Below are positions 20,382 to 29,934 of a stretch of DNA of 64,000 bases, one piece after another. The notes beneath the pieces were generated by a model that worked only from the letters and a program-made list of their open reading frames with translations, did no database searches and was not told where the DNA came from. Made by a program: the position numbers and the translations under genes. Positions within the stretch are counted from its first letter, which is position 1. Every line of letters begins with the position of its first letter. Origin of the DNA: an uncultured Chloroflexia bacterium (GTDB taxonomy: Bacteria; Chloroflexota; Limnocylindria; Limnocylindrales; CSP1-4); the NCBI GenBank assembly GCA_963833225.1, contig CAWHXD010000008.1, positions 768,001-832,000 on the forward strand. The letters run 5' to 3'.

Positions 20382-20428
20382 TGGAAAGCTCCTTCGGCGA
20401 GGTCCAGGCTGGGATCGACCGGATCCCA

Positions 20429-20468
20429 TGTAAACGATACCGCGAGTGCGCTGTAAACGATACCGCGA
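20429..20468. promoter_or_regulatory. Tandem LacI-type operator pair upstream of iolG
   Basis: Exact 17-bp direct repeat TGTAAACGATACCGCGA at 20429-20445 and 20452-20468, each with a CG-centred pseudo-palindrome. Confidence 0.7.
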
Positions 20469-20491
20469 TGTCACCGACGGCGAGCGGGAGG

Positions 20492-21577
20492 TCAGCGGCC
20501 CGGTGGCCTCCGCCCCGGGTCGGGCAGGATCGCGTCGCGCACGACGGCCTGCAGGTCCGACCAGGCGCTCAGGAACTGGCGCATCGTCCGCCGGGACGCA
20601 CCGTAGGTCTCGAGCTCGGCCGCAGTCAGGCGATCGGGCTCGAAGGCGAGCACGAACTCCGGGCTCCGGGCCTGCAGCTCGTCGAGCATGCGCGCGTCCA
20701 CCGGCTCGTCGATGCGCGACTCGACCGGGAGGCCGGATGCGTTGAGCCAGTGCTGCCAGGCGGGCGGGATGGTGAGGATCGTGTCGCCCCCGAGCAGCTG
20801 CGACCACGGCAGGTGGTGGCGGAACGCGCCCGCGAGCAGCCGGGTCCGGTAGCCGCGCTCGCGATAGATCGCGTAGGCCCGCTTGAACACGGCAACCCCC
20901 GCCCATTCCGCCACGCCCGGCGTGAGCAGCACGTCGTCCCGCTCGGCGGCGGCCTTCACCCAGTCGTCGAGACGGCCCACCATCAGCGTGCAGACCGGCA
21001 CCGGGATGCCGCCGATGCCCGCCGCCTCCCGCCGCGCAAGCCCGCGCTCGACGGCCTCTGCGACCGCGATCGCGCCCGCGACCGTGAAGTTCGCCGTGGC
21101 GTTGACCTCCACGCCCCGGGCCGTCGCCTCCTCGATCGCGACCAGGCCGGCGGCGGTCACCGGCAGCTTGACCTGGAGATTGGGGCCCAGCGAGAACAAC
21201 CGCTCGGCCTGCGCGACCATCGCCTCCGCATCACGGGCGAAACGCGGATCCACCTGGGCCGACAGGCGGCCGCGGCGGCCACCCGTGGCCCCGAAGAGGG
21301 GCAGGAGGTAGGTGGCGCCGCGGGCGGCGACCTCCTCGAGCAGGCGCCACGCGACATCGGTCTCGGTGGCGGCGGGCTGCTCGGCCACCAGTTCGCGAGC
21401 GCGCTGGAGCCAGGTCTCGCCCTCGCCCTTGACCACGCCCAGGACGATCGGCGGGTTGGAGGTGGCGCCGGTGGCGCCGTGCGCGAGGGCGTAGGCGAGG
21501 TCCGCGGCTCCCGCCGAGTCGTTCCAGAACTCCGTGCCGGTCTGTCGCACGCCCTCCGCGAGCAGGCTGGTGTCCAT
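20492..21577 (-). CDS. Transaldolase/FSA-family aldolase
   Basis: WNDS, GATSNP, Schiff-base Lys in QVKLP, NATANF, GRLDD. Confidence 0.85.
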   Translation of the reverse strand: MDTSLLAEGVRQTGTEFWNDSAGAADLAYALAHGATGATSNPPIVLGVVKGEGETWLQRARELVAEQPAATETDVAWRLLEEVAARGATYLLPLFGATGGRRGRLSAQVDPRFARDAEAMVAQAERLFSLGPNLQVKLPVTAAGLVAIEEATARGVEVNATANFTVAGAIAVAEAVERGLARREAAGIGGIPVPVCTLMVGRLDDWVKAAAERDDVLLTPGVAEWAGVAVFKRAYAIYRERGYRTRLLAGAFRHHLPWSQLLGGDTILTIPPAWQHWLNASGLPVESRIDEPVDARMLDELQARSPEFVLAFEPDRLTAAELETYGASRRTMRQFLSAWSDLQAVVRDAILPDPGRRPPGR

Positions 21578-21590
21578 CGTCGCTCCTCGC

Positions 21591-22460
21591 TCAGTCGCTG
21601 CCGGCTCGTGCCCTGGGCTGTGCCGGGTCCCAGTTCATGAGCCAGCGGTGGTCGGGGTCCACCGTGAAATTCCAGACCCGCGTCGGCCCCGCCATGACGT
21701 TGAGGTACCAGCAGTCGTAGCCCGCCGCGGCACCCACCACGTGGTAGCCGCGGGGCACGAGGATCACGTCCCCGTCGCGCGCTGCCATCGTCTGATCGAG
21801 CGAGCGGTCCGGGGTATAGACCCGCTGGATCGCGAAGCCCGTGGGGCGGGCAAACCGGTAGAAGTAGAGCTCCTCCAGCGCTGACTCCCGGGGCGGATCC
21901 TCGGTGTCGTGCTTGTGGGGCGGATAGCTGGACCAGTTGCCGCCCGGCGTGTACGCCTCGACCACGATCAGCCGGCCGGCCTCGGCGGACGGCGGCAGCA
22001 GGTTCTTGATCGTCCGCTCCGAGGCACTCTCGCCGCGACGCTCCACGAGGATCGTCGCCGGGTCGATGTGGGCGGTCCGCCGGATGTCACCTGCCGGCGC
22101 CGCCGCGATCCCGAGCAGCACCGGTCCATGGGCCATGACCTCGACATCCTCGCCCGGGGCACACAGGACGACGCCCGCGGGCGGTTCGTCGAACACCGTG
22201 TCGCGGCTGCCAACCCGCTCGAAGGTGGCCGCGCCCACCCGGACACGCGCCGATCCCTCGAGCACCAGCACCAGCACCTCGCGGTCGTCGCCCGGGCGGG
22301 TCACGACACCCCCCTGAACCAGACGCCAGGCGTCGAACGAGGTCCAGGTCCAGCCCGCCGAGTCGGGCGTGATCCGGTGGATCAGCCCGTCGGCCGCCGG
22401 CGGGGTCGCCGGCCGGACGAGGGAGCCGGTCTCCCGGCCCCCCGGGGCGACCTCCGTCAC
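21591..22460 (-). CDS. iolB: 5-deoxy-glucuronate isomerase
   Basis: GNWSSYPPHKHD, LEELY, VPRGYH, YLNVMAGP. Confidence 0.93.
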   Translation of the reverse strand: MTEVAPGGRETGSLVRPATPPAADGLIHRITPDSAGWTWTSFDAWRLVQGGVVTRPGDDREVLVLVLEGSARVRVGAATFERVGSRDTVFDEPPAGVVLCAPGEDVEVMAHGPVLLGIAAAPAGDIRRTAHIDPATILVERRGESASERTIKNLLPPSAEAGRLIVVEAYTPGGNWSSYPPHKHDTEDPPRESALEELYFYRFARPTGFAIQRVYTPDRSLDQTMAARDGDVILVPRGYHVVGAAAGYDCWYLNVMAGPTRVWNFTVDPDHRWLMNWDPAQPRARAGSD

Positions 22461-24358
22461 CGGCCGCCGCCCTGCTGGTAGGGAGCGCCCGGGATCATCA
22501 GGTAGCGCTGGCGGCCCTTGTTGCGGTCGAAATCCTCGCGGGCGGCGTTGACCGCCGGCATCTCGGACACCATCGGCGTGGCCATCTCCCACCACGAGTT
22601 GGCGTAGCCCTTCACCCGCTCGTCCCAGTCGGTCTGGACCACGATGCACACGGTCTCCGTGCCGGCGCGGGCATCGACGAGGGCGCCTCGAAGCTCGTCG
22701 AGCGTCCTGACCTCCAGGGCCTTCGCGCCCATGCCCTCGCAGATCTTGACGAAGTCGAGGCGCATCTCCGGCCCGTCGTAGGCGCCGGACGGGCCGCGGT
22801 ACCGGTAGTGGCACCCAAATCCCTCCGCGCCAACCTGCTCGGACACGCGGCCGACCGACGAGTAGCCCTTGTTGTCGACGATCACGACGATGAGCTTGAG
22901 GCCCTCCTGGACGGCGGTCGTGATCTCGTTGCTCATCATCTGGAATGAGCCATCGCCGACCATGACGTAGACCTCGCGATCCGGCGCGGCCAGCTTGGCG
23001 CCCAGGCCACCGGCGATCTCGTAGCCCATCGTGGAGTAGCCGTACTCCACCTGGTAGCTGGAGACGTCGCGCGAGCGCCACAGCTTGAGCAGGTCGCCGG
23101 GCAGGCTGCCGGCGGAGGTGACGACGACGTCACGGGCGTCCGTCGACGCCTCGACGGCGCCGATGACCTCACCCTGCGTCAGCACGTCGCCCACGCTGTG
23201 GGCGTAGACCCGGCTGACCTCGGCGTCCCACTCGCGGTTGAGCTCCAGCACTCGGGCGCGGTAGTCGGCTGCCGTGGCGTAGTCGCCGACGGCCTCGGCC
23301 AGGTCCTCGATCGCCGCGCGCGCATCGCCGACGAGCGGGACGGCGGCGTGCTTGTAGGCGTCGAACTCGGCGACATTGATGTTGATGAACCGGACGCCCG
23401 GCGTCTGGAACGCGGTCTTGGACGCGGTCGGGAAGTCCGTGAACCGGGTGCCGATCCCGATGACGAGGTCCGCGTCGGGCCCGATGACGTTGGCGGCAAG
23501 GGTCCCGGAGACGCCCGCGCCACCCAAGCTGAGCGGATGGTCATAGGGCAGCGAGCCCTTGCCGGCGTGGGTCTCGGCCACCGGGATCCCGGTCTGCTCG
23601 GCGAACGCGCGGAGGGTGTCGGTCGCCTCGCTGTAGCGCACGCCGCCACCGGCGAAGATGACCGGCCGCTGGCTCTCGCGGATCCAGGCCGCGGCCGTGG
23701 CGACCGCGTTGCGGTCGGGTCGGTTGCGGGGGATGGACCACACGCGCTTCTCGAACATCTCGATGGGGTAGTCGAAGGCGTAGGTCTGGATGTCCTGGGG
23801 CAGGCCGAGGAACACCGCCCCCGTCTCGGCGGGAGAGGTCAGGATCCGCATCACCTCGGGCGCGACAGTGATCACCTGCTCGGGGCGGTTGATCCGGTCC
23901 CAGTAGCGGACGACGGGCCGGAAGGCATCGCTGACGCTGGTGTCCTGGGAGAAGGGATGCTCGAGCTGCTGGAGGACGGGCGACTGCACGCGCTCGGCGA
24001 ACGCGTCGCCGGACATCAGCAGGACGGGGACGTGGTTGATGGTCGCCGACGCCGCGCCGGTGACCATGTTGGTCGCGCCCGGGCCGATGGAGGTGAGGCA
24101 GGCGAAGGCGCCCAGGCGGTTCCTGAGCTTCGCGTAGCCAACCGCCGCGTGGACCATCGCCTGCTCGTTGCGGGTCAGGTAGTAGGGGAAGTCCGCCTCG
24201 GCCTGCTGGATCGCCTGCGCGACCCCGCCGATGTTGCCGTGGCCGAAGATGCCCCACAGGCCGGCGAAGAAGCGATTCTCGACGCCGTCGCGCTCCACGT
24301 ACTGCTGGGCGATGTAGTTGATCAGCGCCTGCCCGGTCGTGAGTCGGATCGTTGCCAC
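22457..24358 (-). CDS. iolD: THcHDO hydrolase (ThDP-dependent)
   Basis: GIFGHGN, RNEQAM, SIGPGATN, EYGYSTMGYE, VGDGS. Confidence 0.95.
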   Translation of the reverse strand: MATIRLTTGQALINYIAQQYVERDGVENRFFAGLWGIFGHGNIGGVAQAIQQAEADFPYYLTRNEQAMVHAAVGYAKLRNRLGAFACLTSIGPGATNMVTGAASATINHVPVLLMSGDAFAERVQSPVLQQLEHPFSQDTSVSDAFRPVVRYWDRINRPEQVITVAPEVMRILTSPAETGAVFLGLPQDIQTYAFDYPIEMFEKRVWSIPRNRPDRNAVATAAAWIRESQRPVIFAGGGVRYSEATDTLRAFAEQTGIPVAETHAGKGSLPYDHPLSLGGAGVSGTLAANVIGPDADLVIGIGTRFTDFPTASKTAFQTPGVRFININVAEFDAYKHAAVPLVGDARAAIEDLAEAVGDYATAADYRARVLELNREWDAEVSRVYAHSVGDVLTQGEVIGAVEASTDARDVVVTSAGSLPGDLLKLWRSRDVSSYQVEYGYSTMGYEIAGGLGAKLAAPDREVYVMVGDGSFQMMSNEITTAVQEGLKLIVVIVDNKGYSSVGRVSEQVGAEGFGCHYRYRGPSGAYDGPEMRLDFVKICEGMGAKALEVRTLDELRGALVDARAGTETVCIVVQTDWDERVKGYANSWWEMATPMVSEMPAVNAAREDFDRNKGRQRYLMIPGAPYQQGGGR

Positions 24359-24389
24359 CCTGACCTCCCTCGTGCTTGTGGTCCTGTTG

Positions 24390-25154
24390 TCAAGAGCGGT
24401 GACCGAGCGTCCGTGACAGGCGGGCAGCCGCATCCACGACCGCGCGCGCCGCTTCCGGGACTCGTTCGAAGGTGAGCCGAACGCTGGGCGCGTCGATGCC
24501 GATGCAGCCGACGGCCTTGCCGGTGGCGTCGAACACGGGGGCGGAGATGCACCGCGTGTGCGGGTCGTTCTCCTCGTCGTCGAGCGCGTAGCCACGGGAC
24601 CGGACGTCGTCCAGGTGCGCACGAAGCGCATCGGGGTTGGTGATCGTGCGCGCCGTTCGACCCGGGAGCGCCTCGGGGATCTCGGCCAGGCCCCACGCGA
24701 GGAGCGTCTTCCCCGCCGAGGTGCAGTGCAGGGCGACGTGGCGGCCGGACCCAGGCACCACCCGCAACGGCTTGTCGGTCTCGACGTCGTCAATGACCAG
24801 TGCGCGGCCCCCATCGGCGACGGCGGCATGCGCACATTCGCCGGTCGCCTCGACGAGCGATGCCAGGAACGGCCGGGCCGCCTCCTTGAACCGCTCCAGC
24901 CCGGTTGGGAGCTGTCCGTTCCGGCGAAGCGCGGGGCCAACGATATAGCCGTGTCCACCGGCGTCCGACGGCGCGGCATAGCCGGCATCGGCCAGGGTCC
25001 GCAACAGGCGGAGGGCCGTGGTCTTGTGGACGTCGATCTCGGCGGCGATGGCCTGGATCGTCACGCCCCGGTCGCGGAGCACCGGATCCGCATCGGCCTC
25101 GAGCAGCATGTCGAGGATGCGGAGGCTGCGGGCAAGCGACTGGACCGGTTCCAC
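24390..25154 (-). CDS. IclR-family transcriptional regulator
   Basis: VQSLARSLRIL HTH, LHCTSAGK, GYALDDEE. Confidence 0.9.
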   Translation of the reverse strand: MEPVQSLARSLRILDMLLEADADPVLRDRGVTIQAIAAEIDVHKTTALRLLRTLADAGYAAPSDAGGHGYIVGPALRRNGQLPTGLERFKEAARPFLASLVEATGECAHAAVADGGRALVIDDVETDKPLRVVPGSGRHVALHCTSAGKTLLAWGLAEIPEALPGRTARTITNPDALRAHLDDVRSRGYALDDEENDPHTRCISAPVFDATGKAVGCIGIDAPSVRLTFERVPEAARAVVDAAARLSRTLGHRS

Positions 25155-25162
25155 GTCGTCGT

Positions 25163-25192
25163 AGCGTATGACGCAGCGCGTGCCGATGTCAA
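25163..25192 (-). promoter_or_regulatory. sigma70 promoter of the iclR-iol operon
   Basis: TTGACA (25192-25187), 18 nt spacer, TACGCT (25168-25163). Confidence 0.55.
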
Positions 25193-25270
25193 CTGCGTCT
25201 GGCGCATTCGTATCGGGTTCCGGGACGTGGCTGCTGCCAGCGACCGATGCGCCTCTCGCTACGCCTCTCG

Positions 25271-27805
25271 CTACGCGACCCAGACCGTCCGGCCGTGCCG
25301 GACCGTCCGGACCGCTTCGGCCGCGGCCGCGGGCAGGAACGCGACCAGGGCCACGATCGCCCAGTCGCCCGGGTTGAGCGGCGTCGCCCGGAAGGCCTCG
25401 GCGAGGACGGGCACCGCGGGGATGAGCACCTGGAGCGCGATCGCCGCCAGGCACGCGCCGAGCAGGAACCGGTTGGTCCCGAGGCGGTGGATCGGCACGC
25501 GCAGGCTGCGGTTCCAGTAGGCGCGCACGCATTGGCCCGCCACGAGGATCGTGTAGGCGAGCCAGGCGGCGTGGTCGAAGCCGCCGTCGTCCATGAGCAT
25601 CACCACCAGCGCGGCGATGGCCGTGAAGGCACCGGCACCGGCGATGCGCGCCAGGATCCCGTCGGTCAGCAGCGGCTGCTCGGCGTGTCGCGGAGGACGC
25701 GTCATGAGCTCCGGCTCAGGTGGCTCCCGCTCGAAGGCGATGGACGTGGAGAGGTCGATGAAGAACTCCATCCACAGGATCTGGAGCGGGATCAGGACCT
25801 GGCGCTCGGCCACGAAGATCGTGGACACGAGGATGAAGCCCAGGAACGCGACGTGGGTCGACAGCAGGAAGGTGAGGCCCTTCTGCACGTTGTCCACGAT
25901 CCGGCGTCCCTCGGCGAGCCCGTACATCAGGGTGGCGAAGGAGTCGTCGCCGAGGGTGAGATCCGATGCCTCGCGTGCGACCGCGGTCCCGCTGCCCATC
26001 GCGACGGCCACGTCTGCCCCGTGGAGGGCGGGGGCATCGTTCACGCCGTCCCCGGTGACCGCAACGATCCGGTGATCCGTCCGTGCCGCCTGCACGATGC
26101 GCCGCTTCTGGTCCGGCGTGGACCGGGCGACCACCTGGAGGGCAGGCAGCTCCCGCGCCAGCCGCGGGTCGTCCCAGCCGGCGAGCTCCTCGCCCGTGAC
26201 GATCCGGCCCGTGTCGAGCCCGGCCTCGCGCGCGATCGCCGCCGCCGTGAGCGGGTGATCGCCCGTGACCACCACCACCTGGATCCCCGCCGCACGGGCC
26301 GTCGCCATCGCGTCGGCGATGCCCTCCCGGATGGGATCCGCAAAACCCACCAGGGCGCGCATCCGCCACGGGGCGTCGTCGAGGCGGCGGGCCAGGGCGA
26401 CCAGCCGCTCGCCGGCAGCAGCCGAGGCGTCGATCAGGTCCGCCCACGGACCGGGCCCGTCGCCATCGGCGCCGGCGGCGCCGTCCACGAAGGCGAGCAC
26501 GACCTCCGGGGCGCCCAGGGCGAGGGACTCGATGCGGCCGTCACGGCGGGCGGTGGTGCGTGTCACCGGCACCGTGTCCGAGGCTGGCGATGCCTCCACC
26601 AGGTCCGCCCTGTCGAGCGCCGTGACCCCCTCGAGCTCGGTGACGGCGGCACGCAGCGCGCGTGTGAACGACGCCGGGGTGACGTCGTCGCCGGGCCAGG
26701 CGTCCTCCTCGGCTCGGAGCGCCTCCTCGAGCAGGGTCCGTCGCTCGGCGGGGTCCTCCACGAGGCCCGCGGGCGTGCGCACGGACGACACGACGAGACG
26801 GTTCTGGGTGATCGTGCCGGTCTTGTCCGTGACGATCAGGTCCACGGCGCCGAGCGTCTCCTCGGCGTTGAGCCGCCGGACGAGGACGCCCCGCTTGAGC
26901 AGCCGGTAGGCGCCCAGGCCGAGGATCACCGCCAGGAGCACGGGCGGCTCCTCCGGGATCGCCGCGATCGCGGCCGAGATGCCGGCCAGGACGTTCTCCC
27001 CGAGCGGGTGCCCGCGCAGGAACCCCATCCCGCTCGTGAACACGATCAGCGCGATCGCGATGACGAGCAGGATCCGCACCAGCCGGTCCAGCTCGCGCTG
27101 GAGCGGGCTGCGGCGGCGCTCGGCCGACGCCAGGCTGCCGGCGATCCTGCCGAACTCGGTGGCGGCGCCGATGGCCACGACGATCCCCTCGCCGCGCCCG
27201 CCGACCACGCTCGTACCCGAGTAGGCGATCGAGCGCCGGCCCGTGAGCGCGGCGTCCGCCGGGTCGGGTTCTGCCCGCGCCTCCTCCGGGATCGACTCGC
27301 CCGTGAGGGTGCTCCGGTCCATGAGCAGGCGGTCGACCCGGGTGAGCCGCAGGTCGGCCGGCACCACGTCGCCACCCTGGAGCAGGACGACGTCGCCGGT
27401 CACCAGCGAGGCTGCCGGGACCGTGGCTACTCGGCCGTCGCGGCGGGCCCTCGCCATCGGGGCCGTCGCGTCGCGCAGCGCCTCCAGCGCCCGCTCGCCG
27501 CGGTACTCCGTGACGACGTCGGCCCCGACGATGGGCAGCAGTCCGACAAGGACGAGCAGGCCGTCGCGGACCTCGCCGACCACGATCGCCAGGATCCCCG
27601 CGCCCGCGAGCATGAGGACGAACGGCTCCGTGAGCGCTTGGAGGACCATCCGCCAGACCGGGTCGCGCCTCGCCTCCTCGAGCGCATTGGGGCCCTGCAC
27701 CTGGGCGCGGCGCTCGACCTCGGCGGCGGCCAGTCCGGAGGCCGGATCAACCCCGAGCTGCGCCGCGACCGACGCCGGGTCGATGGCGTGCCACGGCCCG
27801 CTCAC
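25271..27805 (-). CDS. Cation-translocating P-type ATPase (type II, Ca2+-like)
   Basis: TGES, PEEPP, DKTGT, TGD, GDGVNDAPAL. Confidence 0.93.
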   Translation of the reverse strand: MSGPWHAIDPASVAAQLGVDPASGLAAAEVERRAQVQGPNALEEARRDPVWRMVLQALTEPFVLMLAGAGILAIVVGEVRDGLLVLVGLLPIVGADVVTEYRGERALEALRDATAPMARARRDGRVATVPAASLVTGDVVLLQGGDVVPADLRLTRVDRLLMDRSTLTGESIPEEARAEPDPADAALTGRRSIAYSGTSVVGGRGEGIVVAIGAATEFGRIAGSLASAERRRSPLQRELDRLVRILLVIAIALIVFTSGMGFLRGHPLGENVLAGISAAIAAIPEEPPVLLAVILGLGAYRLLKRGVLVRRLNAEETLGAVDLIVTDKTGTITQNRLVVSSVRTPAGLVEDPAERRTLLEEALRAEEDAWPGDDVTPASFTRALRAAVTELEGVTALDRADLVEASPASDTVPVTRTTARRDGRIESLALGAPEVVLAFVDGAAGADGDGPGPWADLIDASAAAGERLVALARRLDDAPWRMRALVGFADPIREGIADAMATARAAGIQVVVVTGDHPLTAAAIAREAGLDTGRIVTGEELAGWDDPRLARELPALQVVARSTPDQKRRIVQAARTDHRIVAVTGDGVNDAPALHGADVAVAMGSGTAVAREASDLTLGDDSFATLMYGLAEGRRIVDNVQKGLTFLLSTHVAFLGFILVSTIFVAERQVLIPLQILWMEFFIDLSTSIAFEREPPEPELMTRPPRHAEQPLLTDGILARIAGAGAFTAIAALVVMLMDDGGFDHAAWLAYTILVAGQCVRAYWNRSLRVPIHRLGTNRFLLGACLAAIALQVLIPAVPVLAEAFRATPLNPGDWAIVALVAFLPAAAAEAVRTVRHGRTVWVA

Positions 27806-28404
27806 GGCTGGAAGGCCTGCTCCAGGCCATCCATCCCGATCTCGAGGATTCGCAGCGCCGCTGCGCGCCCCAGGTCCCGGTCCGCAGACATCGCCGCCAG
27901 GCCCACACCGACGACGGCACCGGCCGCCGCCTGGACCTGCGCGTCGTGCGGGTCCCGCCCCCAGCGTTCGCCGATGAGGGCCGCGAACAGCCCCACGGCA
28001 CCGGTGGCCTCACCGAGCATGGCCTCGCGAAGGCGAGCGAGCGTCGTCAGCGCGTTGCGGTCGTCCGAGCTTGCTCCGGGCAGCATCGACGAGAGCTCGG
28101 GCAGGCTCGCCCGCAGCGCGACGGCGATCGCATCAAACACGGTGTCGCCCGGTGCCGCCACCCGGAAGGCCTCGCGGACGAGGGTTGAGAGGTCGACGGA
28201 CACGACGAGCTGGGCCTTGGTCGGGAAATAGCGGAACAGCGTGCTGAGCGAGACGTCGGCAGCCTCGGCAATCTGTTGGACGGTCGTGGCCTCGTAGCCC
28301 TGATCTGCGAACAGCCGGAGGGCAGCCTCGCGCACCTGGGCGCGGGTCCGCTCCTTCTTCCGCTGGCGAAGGCCTGGCCTTGCCTGGCTGGAGGCCTCGA
28401 TCAT
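27802..28404 (-). CDS. TetR-family regulator
   Basis: LRQRKKERTR...GYEATTVQQIAEAADVSLSTLFRYFPTK. Confidence 0.92.
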   Translation of the reverse strand: MIEASSQARPGLRQRKKERTRAQVREAALRLFADQGYEATTVQQIAEAADVSLSTLFRYFPTKAQLVVSVDLSTLVREAFRVAAPGDTVFDAIAVALRASLPELSSMLPGASSDDRNALTTLARLREAMLGEATGAVGLFAALIGERWGRDPHDAQVQAAAGAVVGVGLAAMSADRDLGRAAALRILEIGMDGLEQAFQP

Positions 28405-28443
28405 CGCTCGCTCCTCGCCCCGTCCGCCGCGGCTGGGCACGAG

Positions 28444-28474
28444 GAAGGGGCCCGCCCGGCGGACGGACCCCTTC
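28444..28474 (-). terminator. Hairpin/terminator after the small membrane gene
   Basis: GAAGGGGTCCGTCC-GCC-GGGCGGGCCCCTTC. Confidence 0.5.
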
Positions 28475-28487
28475 TGAGCCGGCGGGG

Positions 28488-28793
28488 TCAATGGACGGGT
28501 GCGCCGTGGCCCATGCCACCGTGCTCCCGCGAGCGGGAGTACCAGATGGCAAGGAGATCAACGACCACGCCGACGATCAGGCCGCCGGCGAGGGCCGGCC
28601 AGACGGCGATTCCCTCGAACTCAGGAGTCGCGGTGCTGAACAGCCACTCGCTGGCGCCGACGGCGCCGACGAAGGCCGCGATGGAGCTGACGATCCACCG
28701 GTAGGGCAGATCGGGCGTCCGGACGAGGAACTGCGCGGCGATGCCGAGCACCAGCGCGCCGACAACGAGGATGAGCCATCCCAGGATGGTCAT
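28488..28793 (-). CDS. Small membrane protein (GlsB/YeaQ/YmgE-like)
   Basis: GGAGG RBS; three Gly-rich TM segments (GALVLGIAAQ, IAAFVGAVGA, ALAGGLIVG). Confidence 0.7.
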   Translation of the reverse strand: MTILGWLILVVGALVLGIAAQFLVRTPDLPYRWIVSSIAAFVGAVGASEWLFSTATPEFEGIAVWPALAGGLIVGVVVDLLAIWYSRSREHGGMGHGAPVH

Positions 28794-28981
28794 GGGGTAC
28801 CTCCAGTCCCTGCCTCCTGTCGCTGGCAGGTCCGCGCAACCGAGGCGGACCCGGCCCCCCCGGGCCTCGCGGCCACCTCCTCGGTCACCGCGGAGTACAC
28901 ACGATCCACCCGTCGGCGTGGAGGGGCAAGTGGCATGCATTGCACATGACAGTCATCCCAAATGACAGTAGTGCCACAAAG

Positions 28982-29017
28982 AACGGGCCGCCACCCGTGG
29001 AGGGGATGGCGGCCGTT
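28982..29017 (-). terminator. Intrinsic terminator of the grx-groES-rhodanese unit
   Basis: AACGGCCGCCA...TGGCGGCCCGTT followed by CTTT. Confidence 0.6.
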
Positions 29018-29083
29018 GAGATGCGGGAGCAGGCCTGCAGGGCGGGAGCGGCGCCCTCCGCACCGGGCGGGCCGCCAGCGATG

Positions 29084-29476
29084 CTACTGGGTGGGAGCGC
29101 CCGCGGCGACCAGGGCATCCATGGCCCCGCCGTCCACGATGTCCGTGAAGCCGGCCGCCGCCATCTGGTCAGCCGCGATCGCGCTTCGGCGACCCGAGTG
29201 GCAGTACACGAGGTAGGCGCCGTTGGGATCGAGCGACTTGATCCGCTGGGCGAAGTCGCCGGCCTCGACGTCGATGTTCTGGGCGCCCGCGATGTGGCCC
29301 GCGGCGTACTCGCCGGCCGTGCGGACATCGATCACGATCCGGGTGCCGATCATCTCGGCGGCGGCGGCCGTGGCGGGCTTCTGCACGGCGGAACCGGAGC
29401 CGCCGCAGGCGGCGACGACGCCGATCAGCAGGGAGGCGAGGACGAGCCCGAGACGGCGCGGAAGGGGGTGGGACAT
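29084..29476 (-). CDS. Rhodanese-like domain lipoprotein
   Basis: Lipobox VVAAC; IDVRT..EY..GHI.GA; YCHSGRRS. Confidence 0.9.
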   Translation of the reverse strand: MSHPLPRRLGLVLASLLIGVVAACGGSGSAVQKPATAAAAEMIGTRIVIDVRTAGEYAAGHIAGAQNIDVEAGDFAQRIKSLDPNGAYLVYCHSGRRSAIAADQMAAAGFTDIVDGGAMDALVAAGAPTQ

Positions 29477-29562
29477 GGGGAAGGCTCCGGTCGAGGCGGG
29501 AGCGCCGCTGGCGGCGGTTCCCGAAAGATGGGTGGGTACCGACGGCCCGGCCGTCGGGTGGA

Positions 29563-29862
29563 TCACGCGGCCACGGCCTCGGCCGGGACGTCACGGAGGA
29601 TCGCCAGCAGATCGGCGCTCTCGATGATCAGGTGGTCCGTGTCGTCGACCCGGATCTCGGCGCCAGTGTACTTGGGGAACAGGACGCGATCGCCGACTGA
29701 GACCTTGATCAGCTCGCTGTCGTCACCGATGGCGAGGACCTCGCCACGCTGCGGCTTCTCCTTGGCCGTATCGGGGACGTAGAGCCCGGAGGGGGTGACG
29801 CTCTCGGCGGCGAGGACGCGGACGAGGACGCGGCTGCCGAGGGGCTGGACAGACTCGGACAT
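29563..29862 (-). CDS. groES: Co-chaperonin GroES, no adjacent groEL
   Basis: PLGSRVLV, PDTAKEKPQRGEV, VGDRVLFPKYTG. Confidence 0.9.
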   Translation of the reverse strand: MSESVQPLGSRVLVRVLAAESVTPSGLYVPDTAKEKPQRGEVLAIGDDSELIKVSVGDRVLFPKYTGAEIRVDDTDHLIIESADLLAILRDVPAEAVAA

Positions 29863-29934
29863 GGCGGGTGGCTCCTGGGGGGACGCAGTGGGTGGTCGGG
29901 GTGGCTGAGACAGTGGCGTTGGCTTGGGGCTCGA

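Noticed and set aside
25250-25276. 12-bp tandem duplication CGCCTCTCGCTA at the ATPase stop
   Set aside because: Two copies only; probably slippage, with no functional context.
25247-28231. Very long antisense or alternative-frame ORFs (e.g. 994 aa here, 46885-49269, and the 304-2973 extension)
   Set aside because: These are shadow ORFs caused by the scarcity of stop codons in high-GC DNA; the opposite strand or another frame holds the recognisable genes.
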